DNA of 64,000 nt from an uncultured virus (IMG/VR IMGVR_UViG_3300043424_000625). Its lineage: Duplodnaviria; Heunggongvirae; Uroviricota; Caudoviricetes. Location: positions 1 through 64,000 of the IMG/VR virus record IMGVR_UViG_3300043424_000625; one strand, given 5' to 3'. Shown here piece after piece: positions 1-10,280 of the stretch. Position 1 is the stretch's first letter. The number at the start of each line of letters is the position of its first letter. Below the pieces are notes generated by a model. It was not told the DNA's origin. It saw only the letters and a list, made by a program, of their open reading frames with translations, and did no database searches. Position numbers and translations under genes: made by a program.

Positions 1-1
1 C

Positions 2-1093
2 ATCATCTATGAAGGGTCTTCATTTGCGGTAGACAGTACCTTTGGAGATGACGCGGAGTTCTTTGAGAACCACGTCCTGCGAGACGACAATGCCGCGTTC
101 CGGTCCTCGGGTGTGACCGCGGATGACCGCGTCATCATTCTGAGTGGGCCAAACCGCGGCGTCTATGTAATCCAAGATCTCGGAGTATTTGACTGGGCTC
201 TCTACGCGACCTCCAACACGGGAACCCCAGATCTCTTTGCAGATCAGGAAACGGCACTTACTCTCGCGACTCCTCTTCCGGACCCCGATGAGAGCGCCGA
301 GTACCGTATTGAACGGTGGTCACTGACGAAGAACCCGGTTTACTCCGGAAGCGCGAGTACCGCGACACTCGGAGTCTCTGTAATTGAGATTGCCGATATC
401 GATCTAAAGAATGTCGAGCGCGAAGACACTCTCTATGATACGGACACCGGGGCTGCCTATAAAATTGTAGCGATCTACGGAGATCAGGTTTTCTTGAGCC
501 GACCTGTCGAGCGTCTCATAGAAAATGTAGAAATTCGCAAACAGGTATACGAAGAATTCGACGGAGACACAGATCCACGTCTTGAGCGGCTCATGGGCTA
601 TGACGACATAGAGATCGATATCTATCGTCCCCTGACGGTGGTCGACGCTGCCGGTCCGGTCACTCTTTCAGGAAGCACCCTCACGGGGTCCTTTGCCGCC
701 TCAGCAGGAGACCTGCTTGTGGTCGCTCCTAGTGCTGGCAGCCTTTCGCACGGCGTCTACACCATTGCGGAGGTCGACGGAGGGACCATCACAATCGACG
801 GTATCTTCCCCGCAGACGAAGCCGCGATTGTTTCGACGTATACTCCCGCAGTAGGCTTTGACATTGACGGGACCGCGGTCGTTACTATCTCGGATGCAAG
901 CCACGATATTGAAGAGCTTGGGGTTCGTCCAGGAGACTTTTTTGAGTTTGATTACGGGACAGATCACTTTCTGTTCCCAATCATCGAAGTAAACTCTGCT
1001 ACCCAGTTCACGATCGCAGAAATGACTCCAGAACCCGCGTCTGTCATCGGTCGTATCTTCCGTAAAGAAACGCCTTCGCAGGGTAAGCGATGA
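2..1093 (+). CDS. Virion structural protein (baseplate/tail-associated), 5'-truncated by the window edge
   Basis: Frame of ORF 113..1093 is open back to position 2; acidic, beta-rich repeats of the GV.PGD type; lies upstream of tail genes. Confidence 0.55.
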   Translation: MIYEGSSFAVDSTFGDDAEFFENHVLRDDNAAFRSSGVTADDRVIILSGPNRGVYVIQDLGVFDWALYATSNTGTPDLFADQETALTLATPLPDPDESAEYRIERWSLTKNPVYSGSASTATLGVSVIEIADIDLKNVEREDTLYDTDTGAAYKIVAIYGDQVFLSRPVERLIENVEIRKQVYEEFDGDTDPRLERLMGYDDIEIDIYRPLTVVDAAGPVTLSGSTLTGSFAASAGDLLVVAPSAGSLSHGVYTIAEVDGGTITIDGIFPADEAAIVSTYTPAVGFDIDGTAVVTISDASHDIEELGVRPGDFFEFDYGTDHFLFPIIEVNSATQFTIAEMTPEPASVIGRIFRKETPSQGKR

Positions 1094-1278
1094 TCAGGAA
1101 CAAAGAACAGCCAAGAGTCGTTGACTCCCTTAAGATTGAGGGCGGCGCCAAGGGAGCGCGTAGAGGAGGTATTCAGTCTGCGGACGGCAAACCTCTCAAC
1201 CCCGAAGTGATTGCGTTCAACTTCGGTGTTACTGTGGACGAGGCCAAAGAGATCATCCGGAGACTCGAAGTATGCTGA
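1090..1278 (+). CDS. Hypothetical protein (62 aa)
   Basis: Overlaps neighbours at both ends (ATGA coupling at 1090). Confidence 0.5.
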   Translation: MIRNKEQPRVVDSLKIEGGAKGARRGGIQSADGKPLNPEVIAFNFGVTVDEAKEIIRRLEVC

Positions 1279-1889
1279 ACATCGCGCGCCTACTGCCGTT
1301 CTTTGGCCGTAAAGTGGTCAAGGACCATGCCTCAGCTCCGGCCATCGAAGGGTTCGTCACGATCGACAGCTTCGAAAACGGCAAGTGCCGTCAGCATGTC
1401 GAAGGCTCGAACATCTGGACGCTCACGGGCCGTGAGTACTTGGCCGAACTAATCTCTCTTAAGAACTTTTCAGGCGACGAATTTTTTCGGAATGACCGCA
1501 TTGCGTTCATCGGCCTCGGCGTAGGATCCCAGCCCGAGGTCGCAAACATCTCGCAGCTTGTCAGCGGCGTCCCGTACGTTCCAGGAGAGTTCCTGGCGAG
1601 AGTCAGAGTCCCTGCTACCTTCCCCGTGTTGTCCTCCACGTCCTCCAGGACGGCGGTGCGGTTCATCCGGGAATATGGGCAGACAGAGATCAGCCTGCCG
1701 GACAACGTGATTCTCACGGAGGCCGGGCTGTTCACGGACGGAGATCCGGACAACAACTGGAGTCGCACTGCGACTCCGACTGGTATGGCCGTCGCGGATC
1801 GGGCACCAATGGCCTACAAGACATTTGAGCCCGTAACCAAGACCACTTCGTTTACTCTGCGCGTGATCTGGGAGGTCCGCTTCCTATGA
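1272..1889 (+). CDS. Baseplate/tail-fibre attachment (tail-collar-like) protein
   Basis: Pattern T.TGREYLA...IGLGVG...LTEAGLF...AYKTF..V.KT..F.L...WEVRF typical of phage tail-collar/baseplate proteins. Confidence 0.55.
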   Translation: MLNIARLLPFFGRKVVKDHASAPAIEGFVTIDSFENGKCRQHVEGSNIWTLTGREYLAELISLKNFSGDEFFRNDRIAFIGLGVGSQPEVANISQLVSGVPYVPGEFLARVRVPATFPVLSSTSSRTAVRFIREYGQTEISLPDNVILTEAGLFTDGDPDNNWSRTATPTGMAVADRAPMAYKTFEPVTKTTSFTLRVIWEVRFL

Positions 1890-4800
1890 GTTTTGTACGC
1901 CGTCCCTTTCTTGCAAGCAAGACGGACAAAGCTGTCCTCGCGCAGCCCGTTATCTTTGGCGCCAAGCCCATCAATGCCACCGGAGGCTTCGACGACATCG
2001 ATGCCATCTTGGCAGCGAGTAGCCCGGGCAGCTTTGCGATCACTTTTGCGACAGAATCCTTGGCGAGCCTGGTCGTTTCGTTCTCCTCTGTCTCTGCGCT
2101 AACCCTGGCGCAGATCGTAGATGGGATCAACACCGCAGCCGCTGCGGTATCCATTCCGGCCCCGCTGACTGCCTATGCCTACGAAGGTGTGCTCAAGGTT
2201 GTTGCCAAGAACACCGGCTACGTTGCTGCGGAAGGGACCAATGCCTTTATCGAGGTTCTTCCGACTGCCGCGGGCTTCACAGACCTTGCTCCGCTGGTTG
2301 GCCTACACGTAAACCCGCATCCGTCTGCACGGGTGACTGCGGGGGACCTTGCATCTTCCAGTCCGCGAGCTCTGACGCAGGGCAACCGTCCGCGGTCTAG
2401 CTTCGTCGCGCGTGGAGAGGACCGGACGAGCGAGAGCGTCAATCGCGCTCTGCACAGCCTAGCCAAGAACCTCGACAGCCACCAGGTCCAGCTTGTCCGC
2501 GAAGTGGCCGTACCTGTCGTGCTGGAGATCCCAGAGGACAGCCCTCGTCTGAAGTATGACGCGCTCACGGGGGCGGTGACCTCAATCGACCTGGCCACCG
2601 GATACCTCGATGATCTCGATGCAGTGCTCGAGACCGCAATTTTCGTTGATCTTCCTGCCGACGCCTCGCTTCAGCAGATCTCTCAGTACTTTGCGGTCCT
2701 CGACTCCGAGTGGAACGAGTTGCTATCTCTTGACAAGGTAGTGGGCATCGGCACCGTTGCTTACCTGCCCTCTGGCGGGATTGTTGGAGGCGCGAGTACC
2801 TTCAACGAAGACGGGTCGGCCAACCTACCGCTCAGCACAGATGACTACCCGTTCTACCGTAATGCTTTGGGCGGAGAGTCTCTGAAGCAAAGCTCTGTGG
2901 GCGTCACAGAGATTATCGATGGCGCTACGATCATTTGCTCCGGCGCGACGTTTGTCACGAACGGAGTGCGTGAAGGGGACATCGTTGAGCTAACGGGTCC
3001 GGTCGTTGTAACCCCAATCTCGAACGCGGGGAGATACGTTGTAGACACTGTCGTTTCGGAGACAGAGATCGTCGTTCGGCACGAAACAGATGAGTCTCTG
3101 CATCTTCTCAACGCCCAGTCGGGAGAGACGCTCACTGTCCACTCGAATGGACTGTTCGAAACCTCGCTGTACCTGTGGTTCGAGCCGCACATCCCGCGTG
3201 TTCCCGCAGGCGGTATCCGCATCATCCTCGGCATGCAGAACGCATTTGGTCGCGTGCCTCGAGACTTCTTGCTGGTCCCGGCCATCAACTCGTCAGAAGA
3301 GGTCGATGGCTGGGTCCTACGAAACCTGCACCGCAATCTCAACTTCGGCGGTGTCTACCAGGGACAGGGCCAGGACAAGGGTGGCGGCTTCTTTGCAGAA
3401 GTTACTGATCGCCCAGTCACTCTTTTCGCAACGCCCGCCGCAACGACGGCCGCCTCCAATCGCACATCCGTGGACGCAGCGGAAGTTCTGGAGGGGAACC
3501 TCCTCCGTGCCTCTGGATACGATGCCTCCGGCACCTACGACGCATTCACCCTTGAGGACGTTGGTCGCGCGATCAACTTCGTCATCAGCGGCACGAACTA
3601 CGCCGATTGGCGCATCACGCGCTGGATTGATGGGCGGACTGTGCAGATTGTCCCTCCGCTGCATCAGATTGGCACCGTGCTGCCGCTTGGCGGCGGTGCG
3701 GACAACGTGTCGTCATGGGAGATCTTTGACGACCTGGTCACGGACTATCGCGCAGCAATTAGCAGCGTCACCGAGAGCGTAAGGGCAGGAGGTTTCCATC
3801 ATACGAAGGTCAATGGCAGCAGCGTCGGTAGCGACCTGGCCTTTGCTCATTTCGAGCATGTGACGAAATCCGCGCTCCTTGATGGGACCACGGTTTCGAA
3901 TCTTGACATCCTGACCGGGTCGTTTGCGTCAGGTGGCGTGATCACGTCAGTCGTGAACTCGGCATCAGTCTCCGTAAATCCAGACAATCTGCGAACTCTG
4001 TACCCAATCACGCACCACTCCACGTCAGCCCGGTCGGCCAACTCGCACGGCGCAAAGACCTACGTGCGTGTGCTCACGGGTCTGTACGCGGGTCTTTACG
4101 AAGCCTACGAAACCCGTCCGAACCAGCTTACGATTCGCAATCTCGACGGTACGTCTCCGACCTTCACCGGCTCACATCAGTTCATGCTTCTGAATCTGCG
4201 CATGGGCGTCGGAGTGCCCATGTTCGGAGGCGCGGCGGCAGGCCGCGCAGCCCTGAGCGTGTTCCAGGAGCAGGATCCGGCGGCTGCAAGCGCAAACGAC
4301 ACCGTCATCGGCATTCGCGTGGGGTGGGCAGGCACCGGCGCAGGCATCCTTGTCACGGCCAATGACTCGGAGTTTTCTGCCTTGGACGGCGGGGCCGACG
4401 ATGTCAGCCGTGGCTACGCCGTGGACGTAAACGCGTTCTCACCTGCGGACGGCATCCATGTCGCCGTCGCTTCTTCCGAGACAGTCGACTCTACCGCCGT
4501 TGGCCTCTTTGTAGAGGCATCGGGGTTCGGCAACAGCTCGGCCTTCAGACTTCCGGACACTGATGGGGCCGACTACACGACCGGGGTTCGTAGGTCGTTT
4601 GCTGCTGGAGTCATTCAGCGCGGCACAGACCCTGCGTTGGTGGTCGCAAAAGGTGAAGACACTGCGGGCGGGTCACACACGCCCTCGGCTGCGGCCGTCT
4701 TCATTCGCAAGTCGGATGGGACGGAGCCCGCAATCACGGGCTTGGGCTCAGCCATCGAAACCGTCGGTTCGATTTGGGTACACGGCAATCCTCCCGACAG

Positions 4801-7800
4801 TGACTTTGGGCACGCTCTGGGAGGGGTGTATTCAGAGGATGTCATTGCTGCGGGCCGAATGATCTACCCAATGTGGGGGTCAAACTCGGATCTGCACATC
4901 GGGTATCACTGGGACCCCTCGAGCTCTTCCTACTGGGCAGCTCCGACTACTTTGGGAAGGCCGGGGATTATCCGCCCTGCCAATGAGACGGACAGCGACC
5001 CGATAGGAGACTTCACTGCCTCCGACTACACTCGCTTCAATCTTGCCCATGCAGGAGTGCTCGCGGTCTCGTCTCTCGGAGTCGGAGCCCTGCCGGGGCC
5101 GGCGTCCTCGTGGGTTGGCTGCATCGTTGAGGTTATTTCCACTGGCGAAAGATATGCGATTTTGGCAGTGGAGAGCGACGGAACCGATATCTTCTTTGCA
5201 CTGGGCGGAGATGTTGCGATCACGCCTGCGGCCGGAGCTGACTTCCGGCTGCACGGCCTGCGATGGCACCGCTCCTACATAGACATTGCGGACTGGATGC
5301 AGGTCGGCACCTATCAGGCGCTCAAGACTCTTGACCAGCTTCCACTGCTGTCCTCTGACTCAAACTCTCTGGATGAACGCGCGGACAGCACGGTTGACCG
5401 CTCCGGAAACTCAAAGACGCTCTCATTCGTACAATGGGCGCTGACCACAGATGGTGCAGGGATTGGGGCTGCCGAAGACTACGACCCTATCTCAGCACCG
5501 CTTCTTTTTGAGTCGTCCGCATGGTCCGGAAGCGCCGAGTCGCCTCACCACACGACTCCGTGGGCGACGTACTCAAATGAGCCTCGCCCTCCATTTTATG
5601 CCGACGAGACTGTGGATACCACGGCCTCCGACTTTGCGTTGACCGACATCCGCAAGGTGGGTCTGGGCGGAGCCCTCAGCTACCAGCCCACACACGGCGG
5701 CACACTAATCGTGACTAGAGCAGCTACGGCAACAGTCCTTCGCCAGCGCGGGCGTCGATACATCTGGAAGGACCACCTTCGTCTCAAGATTCGTCTGCGT
5801 GCGGCATCGGGAGGCACTGCGGCTCCTGTGACTGTCGGACTCGCCATGGTGACCGCGTCAGGAACGACAGTCGCCTCGGACTCGGTATCCGTAGTGAGCT
5901 TTGTGTCTTCTGGCGCGGTGGAGATTCGATCCTACGAAGCCACGCTCGCGGTCAATGGGGTTGTGGATCGTGCCTCAAGCGCGCTTCAGGAGAGCAGGCT
6001 TGACGAGGAGTTATTTCTCCAGATTACGGTCCCGGCTGATCCGACTACCTCGACGTACATGGCGTTCCAGGAGATCTCCGTCCAGCACGACACGGACCCA
6101 CTGAAGGTTAGCGGTCCGGTACTTACTTCGGGCCACGTTGCCGCGCATGGGTTCCGGTTTGCCAATGCCGTAAAGGGCTACCAGACGCTTGGTCCTGCCG
6201 ATACCAAGTTGCTTGGTGGGCAGGATTACGGCGTGAACATGGGCTGGCAGCGTGACTACGACTTGAGCACTTCCACATCGTTCACCCCTCCAACTTCAAC
6301 GTACTCGATGGGTATGCAAGAGCTGCGGGGAGGTCCTGGTCTGCTACGTACTGTGAACTCTCAAACAATCTTAGGAGTTAAGACAACGCAACAGATTTTG
6401 TCTGATACCTCCGGACAACCGAGCCCGGCAAATGCATGGACATATGGAAATAATCTACGTACATTGATGTTAGAGCCGATGCCAGATGCTTCCTCGGAAA
6501 TCCTGAAGTTTTCCTGGGGTACGGCATACGAGGACGCAGACGCCGCCTGGGTTGTTTTGGACAGCGCCCATACCGCAGATCCGTTGGATACCGCGGTATC
6601 GGAGGCCTTTATGGAGTTTCTTGCTACCTGCGAAAAACTGGCTTCGGCAGCTATTAGGCAGTACGAAGACACTGAGCCCAGGGTCGTAAGTAGAAATGAA
6701 GAATTCTATGTTGCTCTAGTCAACGCGGCGTATGCCCTCCGAGGTGAATGTGCCTCTATACGGGAGACCCTGTCAGCTGGACAGGGGGATCTCATTGAAA
6801 GCCTGATCAACTCTATCCCCGAGGATCGATGGATCAGGCCATCAGTAGACATGTACAGGCTGTTCGATATCGGGGTCAACTCTGCCACAATCACGTTGTA
6901 TACGGCAGCGTTTGATCCTCTTTGGTACGCGCTCCACGGACACCTGACAGTGAACTCGTCCTGGAGCGTTAATGATGTAGATATTCCTAGGGACTCGTTC
7001 ATTCCCCCTGGGTTTGTCGGCTTTACGATGCCGGTCGATGCCCCTCACGGCTCCGTACTCTCAGAGGTTTCAATTTCTCTAAGCATGCGCCCGAGCTCAA
7101 GTACTTGTTGGGGAATCTACAAGAGAGCTCCTGAGATCTTCTGGAAGATTGGTAGTGGCGCTACCTTCGAGGAGGTGTCTGATGTCTCACAGTGGGAGCC
7201 TAATGCCGGAGTGCTCGTAGAGCTCTGGAGGTTCAATACCCTGGATACGGCGTTCGATCAGGATGATTTTGCGAGATGGAACGAACACGAGCCCGAGTTC
7301 GGGTTTGGGGAGATTATCTGGTCTGGCGAAGTGGATTTGCCCGCAGTTGGCGACAATGCAGACGCGACCAACGAGGTCGAAGAAGCGTGGGAATACTCCG
7401 CCCCCTTCATCGGGTCCTCTCCTCTTAGTGTGTTCGCGCGAAAGGAATACTTCGTTAAGAAGAGACTGCACCTACCTGACGAGGCGATCTCAGCCGCGGC
7501 GCTTCGTGTAGACCGCAGGCATTTTGCATACGCACTTGTCATCCGGTTCATTGGCGGCCCCAGGAGAACGCCAAACGCGCTCGGCACAGGAGAGGTGCTT
7601 CCTTTCAACTTGTCGGATGCCGTTGGCCTTACTTCAGTGTCTCCGGATTCGTCGTTTGACTTTCCGGTAATAGTGCAGCCGCAGTATCAGCCTACCACCA
7701 CAACGGTCAGCACCCTGGCGGAGGCAGTCGCGTTCTCGTTCGGGAAGTTTGGAAAGGCGATTGCAGTTGGGACATCTGACCCAGGTCCCTTCGTTGACGG

Positions 7801-7915
7801 AGACACAAACTGGGCGCATCGAGCAATCTCTACAATGTACCCGCCGAATGTAAAGTTTCGTGGGGCGCGTATCGGCTGGCTCACGGATCGAGCAGGCGAC
7901 AAGGGTTGGGGCTAA
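1886..7915 (+). CDS. Very large virion structural protein (2009 aa), probable tail fibre/baseplate appendage
   Basis: Long ORF rich in Gly/Ser/Thr/Ala/Asp; coupled to the preceding tail gene; last gene of the + strand tail block. Confidence 0.6.
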   Translation: MSFVRRPFLASKTDKAVLAQPVIFGAKPINATGGFDDIDAILAASSPGSFAITFATESLASLVVSFSSVSALTLAQIVDGINTAAAAVSIPAPLTAYAYEGVLKVVAKNTGYVAAEGTNAFIEVLPTAAGFTDLAPLVGLHVNPHPSARVTAGDLASSSPRALTQGNRPRSSFVARGEDRTSESVNRALHSLAKNLDSHQVQLVREVAVPVVLEIPEDSPRLKYDALTGAVTSIDLATGYLDDLDAVLETAIFVDLPADASLQQISQYFAVLDSEWNELLSLDKVVGIGTVAYLPSGGIVGGASTFNEDGSANLPLSTDDYPFYRNALGGESLKQSSVGVTEIIDGATIICSGATFVTNGVREGDIVELTGPVVVTPISNAGRYVVDTVVSETEIVVRHETDESLHLLNAQSGETLTVHSNGLFETSLYLWFEPHIPRVPAGGIRIILGMQNAFGRVPRDFLLVPAINSSEEVDGWVLRNLHRNLNFGGVYQGQGQDKGGGFFAEVTDRPVTLFATPAATTAASNRTSVDAAEVLEGNLLRASGYDASGTYDAFTLEDVGRAINFVISGTNYADWRITRWIDGRTVQIVPPLHQIGTVLPLGGGADNVSSWEIFDDLVTDYRAAISSVTESVRAGGFHHTKVNGSSVGSDLAFAHFEHVTKSALLDGTTVSNLDILTGSFASGGVITSVVNSASVSVNPDNLRTLYPITHHSTSARSANSHGAKTYVRVLTGLYAGLYEAYETRPNQLTIRNLDGTSPTFTGSHQFMLLNLRMGVGVPMFGGAAAGRAALSVFQEQDPAAASANDTVIGIRVGWAGTGAGILVTANDSEFSALDGGADDVSRGYAVDVNAFSPADGIHVAVASSETVDSTAVGLFVEASGFGNSSAFRLPDTDGADYTTGVRRSFAAGVIQRGTDPALVVAKGEDTAGGSHTPSAAAVFIRKSDGTEPAITGLGSAIETVGSIWVHGNPPDSDFGHALGGVYSEDVIAAGRMIYPMWGSNSDLHIGYHWDPSSSSYWAAPTTLGRPGIIRPANETDSDPIGDFTASDYTRFNLAHAGVLAVSSLGVGALPGPASSWVGCIVEVISTGERYAILAVESDGTDIFFALGGDVAITPAAGADFRLHGLRWHRSYIDIADWMQVGTYQALKTLDQLPLLSSDSNSLDERADSTVDRSGNSKTLSFVQWALTTDGAGIGAAEDYDPISAPLLFESSAWSGSAESPHHTTPWATYSNEPRPPFYADETVDTTASDFALTDIRKVGLGGALSYQPTHGGTLIVTRAATATVLRQRGRRYIWKDHLRLKIRLRAASGGTAAPVTVGLAMVTASGTTVASDSVSVVSFVSSGAVEIRSYEATLAVNGVVDRASSALQESRLDEELFLQITVPADPTTSTYMAFQEISVQHDTDPLKVSGPVLTSGHVAAHGFRFANAVKGYQTLGPADTKLLGGQDYGVNMGWQRDYDLSTSTSFTPPTSTYSMGMQELRGGPGLLRTVNSQTILGVKTTQQILSDTSGQPSPANAWTYGNNLRTLMLEPMPDASSEILKFSWGTAYEDADAAWVVLDSAHTADPLDTAVSEAFMEFLATCEKLASAAIRQYEDTEPRVVSRNEEFYVALVNAAYALRGECASIRETLSAGQGDLIESLINSIPEDRWIRPSVDMYRLFDIGVNSATITLYTAAFDPLWYALHGHLTVNSSWSVNDVDIPRDSFIPPGFVGFTMPVDAPHGSVLSEVSISLSMRPSSSTCWGIYKRAPEIFWKIGSGATFEEVSDVSQWEPNAGVLVELWRFNTLDTAFDQDDFARWNEHEPEFGFGEIIWSGEVDLPAVGDNADATNEVEEAWEYSAPFIGSSPLSVFARKEYFVKKRLHLPDEAISAAALRVDRRHFAYALVIRFIGGPRRTPNALGTGEVLPFNLSDAVGLTSVSPDSSFDFPVIVQPQYQPTTTTVSTLAEAVAFSFGKFGKAIAVGTSDPGPFVDGDTNWAHRAISTMYPPNVKFRGARIGWLTDRAGDKGWG

Positions 7916-7946
7916 AAAAGAGGGGGACTCCGTGAGGAGTCCCCCT
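7913..7946 (-). terminator. Rho-independent terminator of the - strand replication operon
   Basis: 11-bp stem AGGGGGACTCC/GGAGTCCCCCT (7921-7946), 4-nt loop, followed on - strand by CTTTTTT; between convergent genes. Confidence 0.8.
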
Positions 7947-7950
7947 TGAC

Positions 7951-8100
7951 CTATGCGGTCAGACTGATCAAGAGCCGTTTGACTTGCTCGTGGGTCAGCC
8001 CTTTTCGCCGCACTCCGTACCCTGCGGCGGTGATGATCTCGAAGATCTCGTCGAGACCCATCGTCTCCAGCCGGTCAGACAGGATCTCAATCAGATCCAG
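7951..8100 (-). CDS. Small helical protein (49 aa, CTG start) or -1 frameshift extension of the upstream gene; not in the ORF track
   Basis: Open frame LDLIEILSDRLETMGLDEIFEIITAAGYGVRRKGLTHEQVKRLLISLTA*, preceded by GAGG, fills the gap up to the terminator. Confidence 0.5.
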   Translation of the reverse strand: MDLIEILSDRLETMGLDEIFEIITAAGYGVRRKGLTHEQVKRLLISLTA

Positions 8101-8999
8101 CTTACCTCGGTCAGAGACTTGATCTCGTTTCCCGGCTCGACGCTCGCGTTGTACTGGTAGGCGAGATGAGCGTCGATCGCCTCCACCTTCTCGGCCAGCT
8201 GGTTGAGCGTGGTGATGATGTTCTTGAGCGCGAGATCACGAGCATCGCCCGCCTTCCCGATGACCATCACCATCTCCTCAAGCTTGCTGAGGTCGGCCGA
8301 CAGGCCGCTGGTGGGTGCCGAGGCAGCAGGGGCCGCCGGCCGGACAGGGGCCGCCGGACGCTTCGCATCGGGACGGAGCGGCGCAACGGGAGCCGGAGCA
8401 GGACGCTGCGGAGCACGCGGCGCCGGAGCTTCGGTCTCTTCCTCAGCCTCAGCCTCGGGTTCCGGCTTGGAGCGAGCAGAAGCACGCGCAGCAGGGGCCG
8501 GTGCCGTCGGCTTCTTCGCGGCCGGGGCAGCGGGAGCGGGCGTCGGTGCGGGAGCGGCGGCGGCAGTCTCCTCACCACCCTCTTCACCACCGAGTTCTTC
8601 CGTGATGGCCGCGACCTCCTCATCGCTCATCTTCTCAAGATTGATGAAGCGCGGGTCGCCGCTCTCCTTGATCATCGTGCAGATCTCTTCGGCCGACAGC
8701 TTGAAGCTGGCGCCGCCCTTGGGAACAACCCCCAGGACTTTGCCCAGGGCACGGAGGTTACGCTTCGATGCGGCCGTAGATGAAACAGTACCAGCCATTG
8801 TGATGACTCCGTCTTTTAGGTTCTTCTTTGTCGGTATTGCGAGTGCGCCAAACTCGTCCATGATGCGAAGGCGGGCGCGTACGATGCCTTCGTGTGCAGG
8901 CTCGTGGAGAGAACAACCTCCCCCTTCGAGGAGGAGGTTGTGATCAACGTCTCCACACTTTGAGACCCGAGCGCAGGTAACGCACGGTTCCCAAGTCAT
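8091..8999 (-). CDS. Hypothetical protein: N-terminal Cys cluster, Ala/Pro-rich linker, C-terminal coiled coil
   Basis: ATG at 8999 overlaps the upstream stop; second in-frame ATG at 8798 has a GGAG RBS; motif CVTC..VSKC...C..H. Confidence 0.7.
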   Translation of the reverse strand: MTWEPCVTCARVSKCGDVDHNLLLEGGGCSLHEPAHEGIVRARLRIMDEFGALAIPTKKNLKDGVITMAGTVSSTAASKRNLRALGKVLGVVPKGGASFKLSAEEICTMIKESGDPRFINLEKMSDEEVAAITEELGGEEGGEETAAAAPAPTPAPAAPAAKKPTAPAPAARASARSKPEPEAEAEEETEAPAPRAPQRPAPAPVAPLRPDAKRPAAPVRPAAPAASAPTSGLSADLSKLEEMVMVIGKAGDARDLALKNIITTLNQLAEKVEAIDAHLAYQYNASVEPGNEIKSLTEVSWI

Positions 9000-9289
9000 A
9001 TTATTTCGTCCTTGAATCTCAGCCAGCAGCCAATGACAATAGCGTCTGGACAGCCGAATACTGTGCACTTCCCGTTGCAGCGCGGAAGCTGGGTCCGTAT
9101 TCGGGTCCAGTTCCGCCGGATGTGCTTCTCCATCGTAGAGCGTCTTCCCTCCAGCGGGCAGGGCTCCGGATCTTCCTCATCTTCGAGCGCAGCAATCAGT
9201 CTTGGGATCCCATTTCCTCTGCTGATATTCCCATGACCTTCTTCGCGCAAGAGCTCAATCAGCTCACTTTTGTTGAATTCGTCTGACAT
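8996..9289 (-). CDS. Hypothetical Cys-containing protein (97 aa)
   Basis: GGAG RBS before ATG 9289 (MSDEFNKSEL); C-terminal CNGKCTVFGC..C. Confidence 0.6.
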   Translation of the reverse strand: MSDEFNKSELIELLREEGHGNISRGNGIPRLIAALEDEEDPEPCPLEGRRSTMEKHIRRNWTRIRTQLPRCNGKCTVFGCPDAIVIGCWLRFKDEII

Positions 9290-9746
9290 CTGGGACTCCG
9301 AAGGAAGACGGAGGAGCACGGGTAAGAAGGATCTCAACACCCTCCCCAGTCTGGCTCATGCGCTTCACAAGCTGCACCTCGAAGAACACTGAGTCGTCAA
9401 TGTCGAGCGCAGTGGAGAGGCAGTCTTCAATCAACTTACGTCGATTGCCCACGTCAAACTTCTTATAGAGTGTTTTTGCTTGGTTTTTAGCCCATCCACT
9501 GTTGATGACAGTGTCGAAGTGGAACACCATCCGGAGCACATACAGGCTCTTCTCTGTATGACCTTGGACGAACGCGGCCAAGTCAGTGAAGAAGGAAGTC
9601 CGCAGATGATCTGCGAAAAGCGTCTGAAAGTCGCGTGCTTCCTTCGAATAGACCTGGCCGCCCTGTCTCCGATGAACGCGGATCCGGTTTTCGGACGGAG
9701 GGAGGAAGGGGACCCACAACCTCAGACTATCGGTATACTCGAGCAT
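9264..9746 (-). CDS. rusA: RusA-like Holliday junction resolvase
   Basis: PPSEN N-terminal motif and D.GNRRKLIEDCL...IDDS catalytic pattern; GGAGGG RBS before ATG 9746. Confidence 0.75.
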   Translation of the reverse strand: MLEYTDSLRLWVPFLPPSENRIRVHRRQGGQVYSKEARDFQTLFADHLRTSFFTDLAAFVQGHTEKSLYVLRMVFHFDTVINSGWAKNQAKTLYKKFDVGNRRKLIEDCLSTALDIDDSVFFEVQLVKRMSQTGEGVEILLTRAPPSSFGVPDVRRIQQK

Positions 9747-10272
9747 TGTTGTCCCTCCGCTTATTGTCCAGCTCCATCTTCTTTGTCTCAATCAGCCGGC
9801 TGAGGACCGACCGATCCCGCGACGCCGCCTTGGCCAACCCTTCCAGGAGTTCCTGGTAGGTCGCAGCCTCCACGTAGGCCACGTCCGCCTCGATGTACCG
9901 AACATCCGTGAGGCACTGGTCGTCTTTTTCCTGTGCTGTGCCCGGCTTGGTCTTGCGGACCAGCGCCTTGGTCAGTTTGAGACGGCGGTCGGAGTTGAGA
10001 ACCTCTGCGCGTGCGACCGTGTGGAGGTTCTCAAGATAATCCGCGTAGTTACACATCAAGGTGTAGACTTCCGCCAGTTCCCTCGTGGTGAAGTCCGCCA
10101 CGTTTGACGGGAGCCTTCCATCGAACGGCTGTCCGCTGGAATCGACGGGGCGCGCAGGGATCTCCAGGCCAAGCTTCTCAATTCTTTGGAGAGCCCGATC
10201 TGCGGCCCCCGAGTACATCTCTTCCCCGTCTTCCAGGGTTACGGTAAAGTCCGTGGCTGCGCGCTTCGTCAT
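9727..10272 (-). CDS. All-helical protein, possibly a UvsY-like recombination mediator
   Basis: Coiled-coil sequence, size and location next to RecA; no diagnostic motif. Confidence 0.35.
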   Translation of the reverse strand: MTKRAATDFTVTLEDGEEMYSGAADRALQRIEKLGLEIPARPVDSSGQPFDGRLPSNVADFTTRELAEVYTLMCNYADYLENLHTVARAEVLNSDRRLKLTKALVRKTKPGTAQEKDDQCLTDVRYIEADVAYVEAATYQELLEGLAKAASRDRSVLSRLIETKKMELDNKRRDNNARVYR

Positions 10273-10280
10273 CCTTCACC

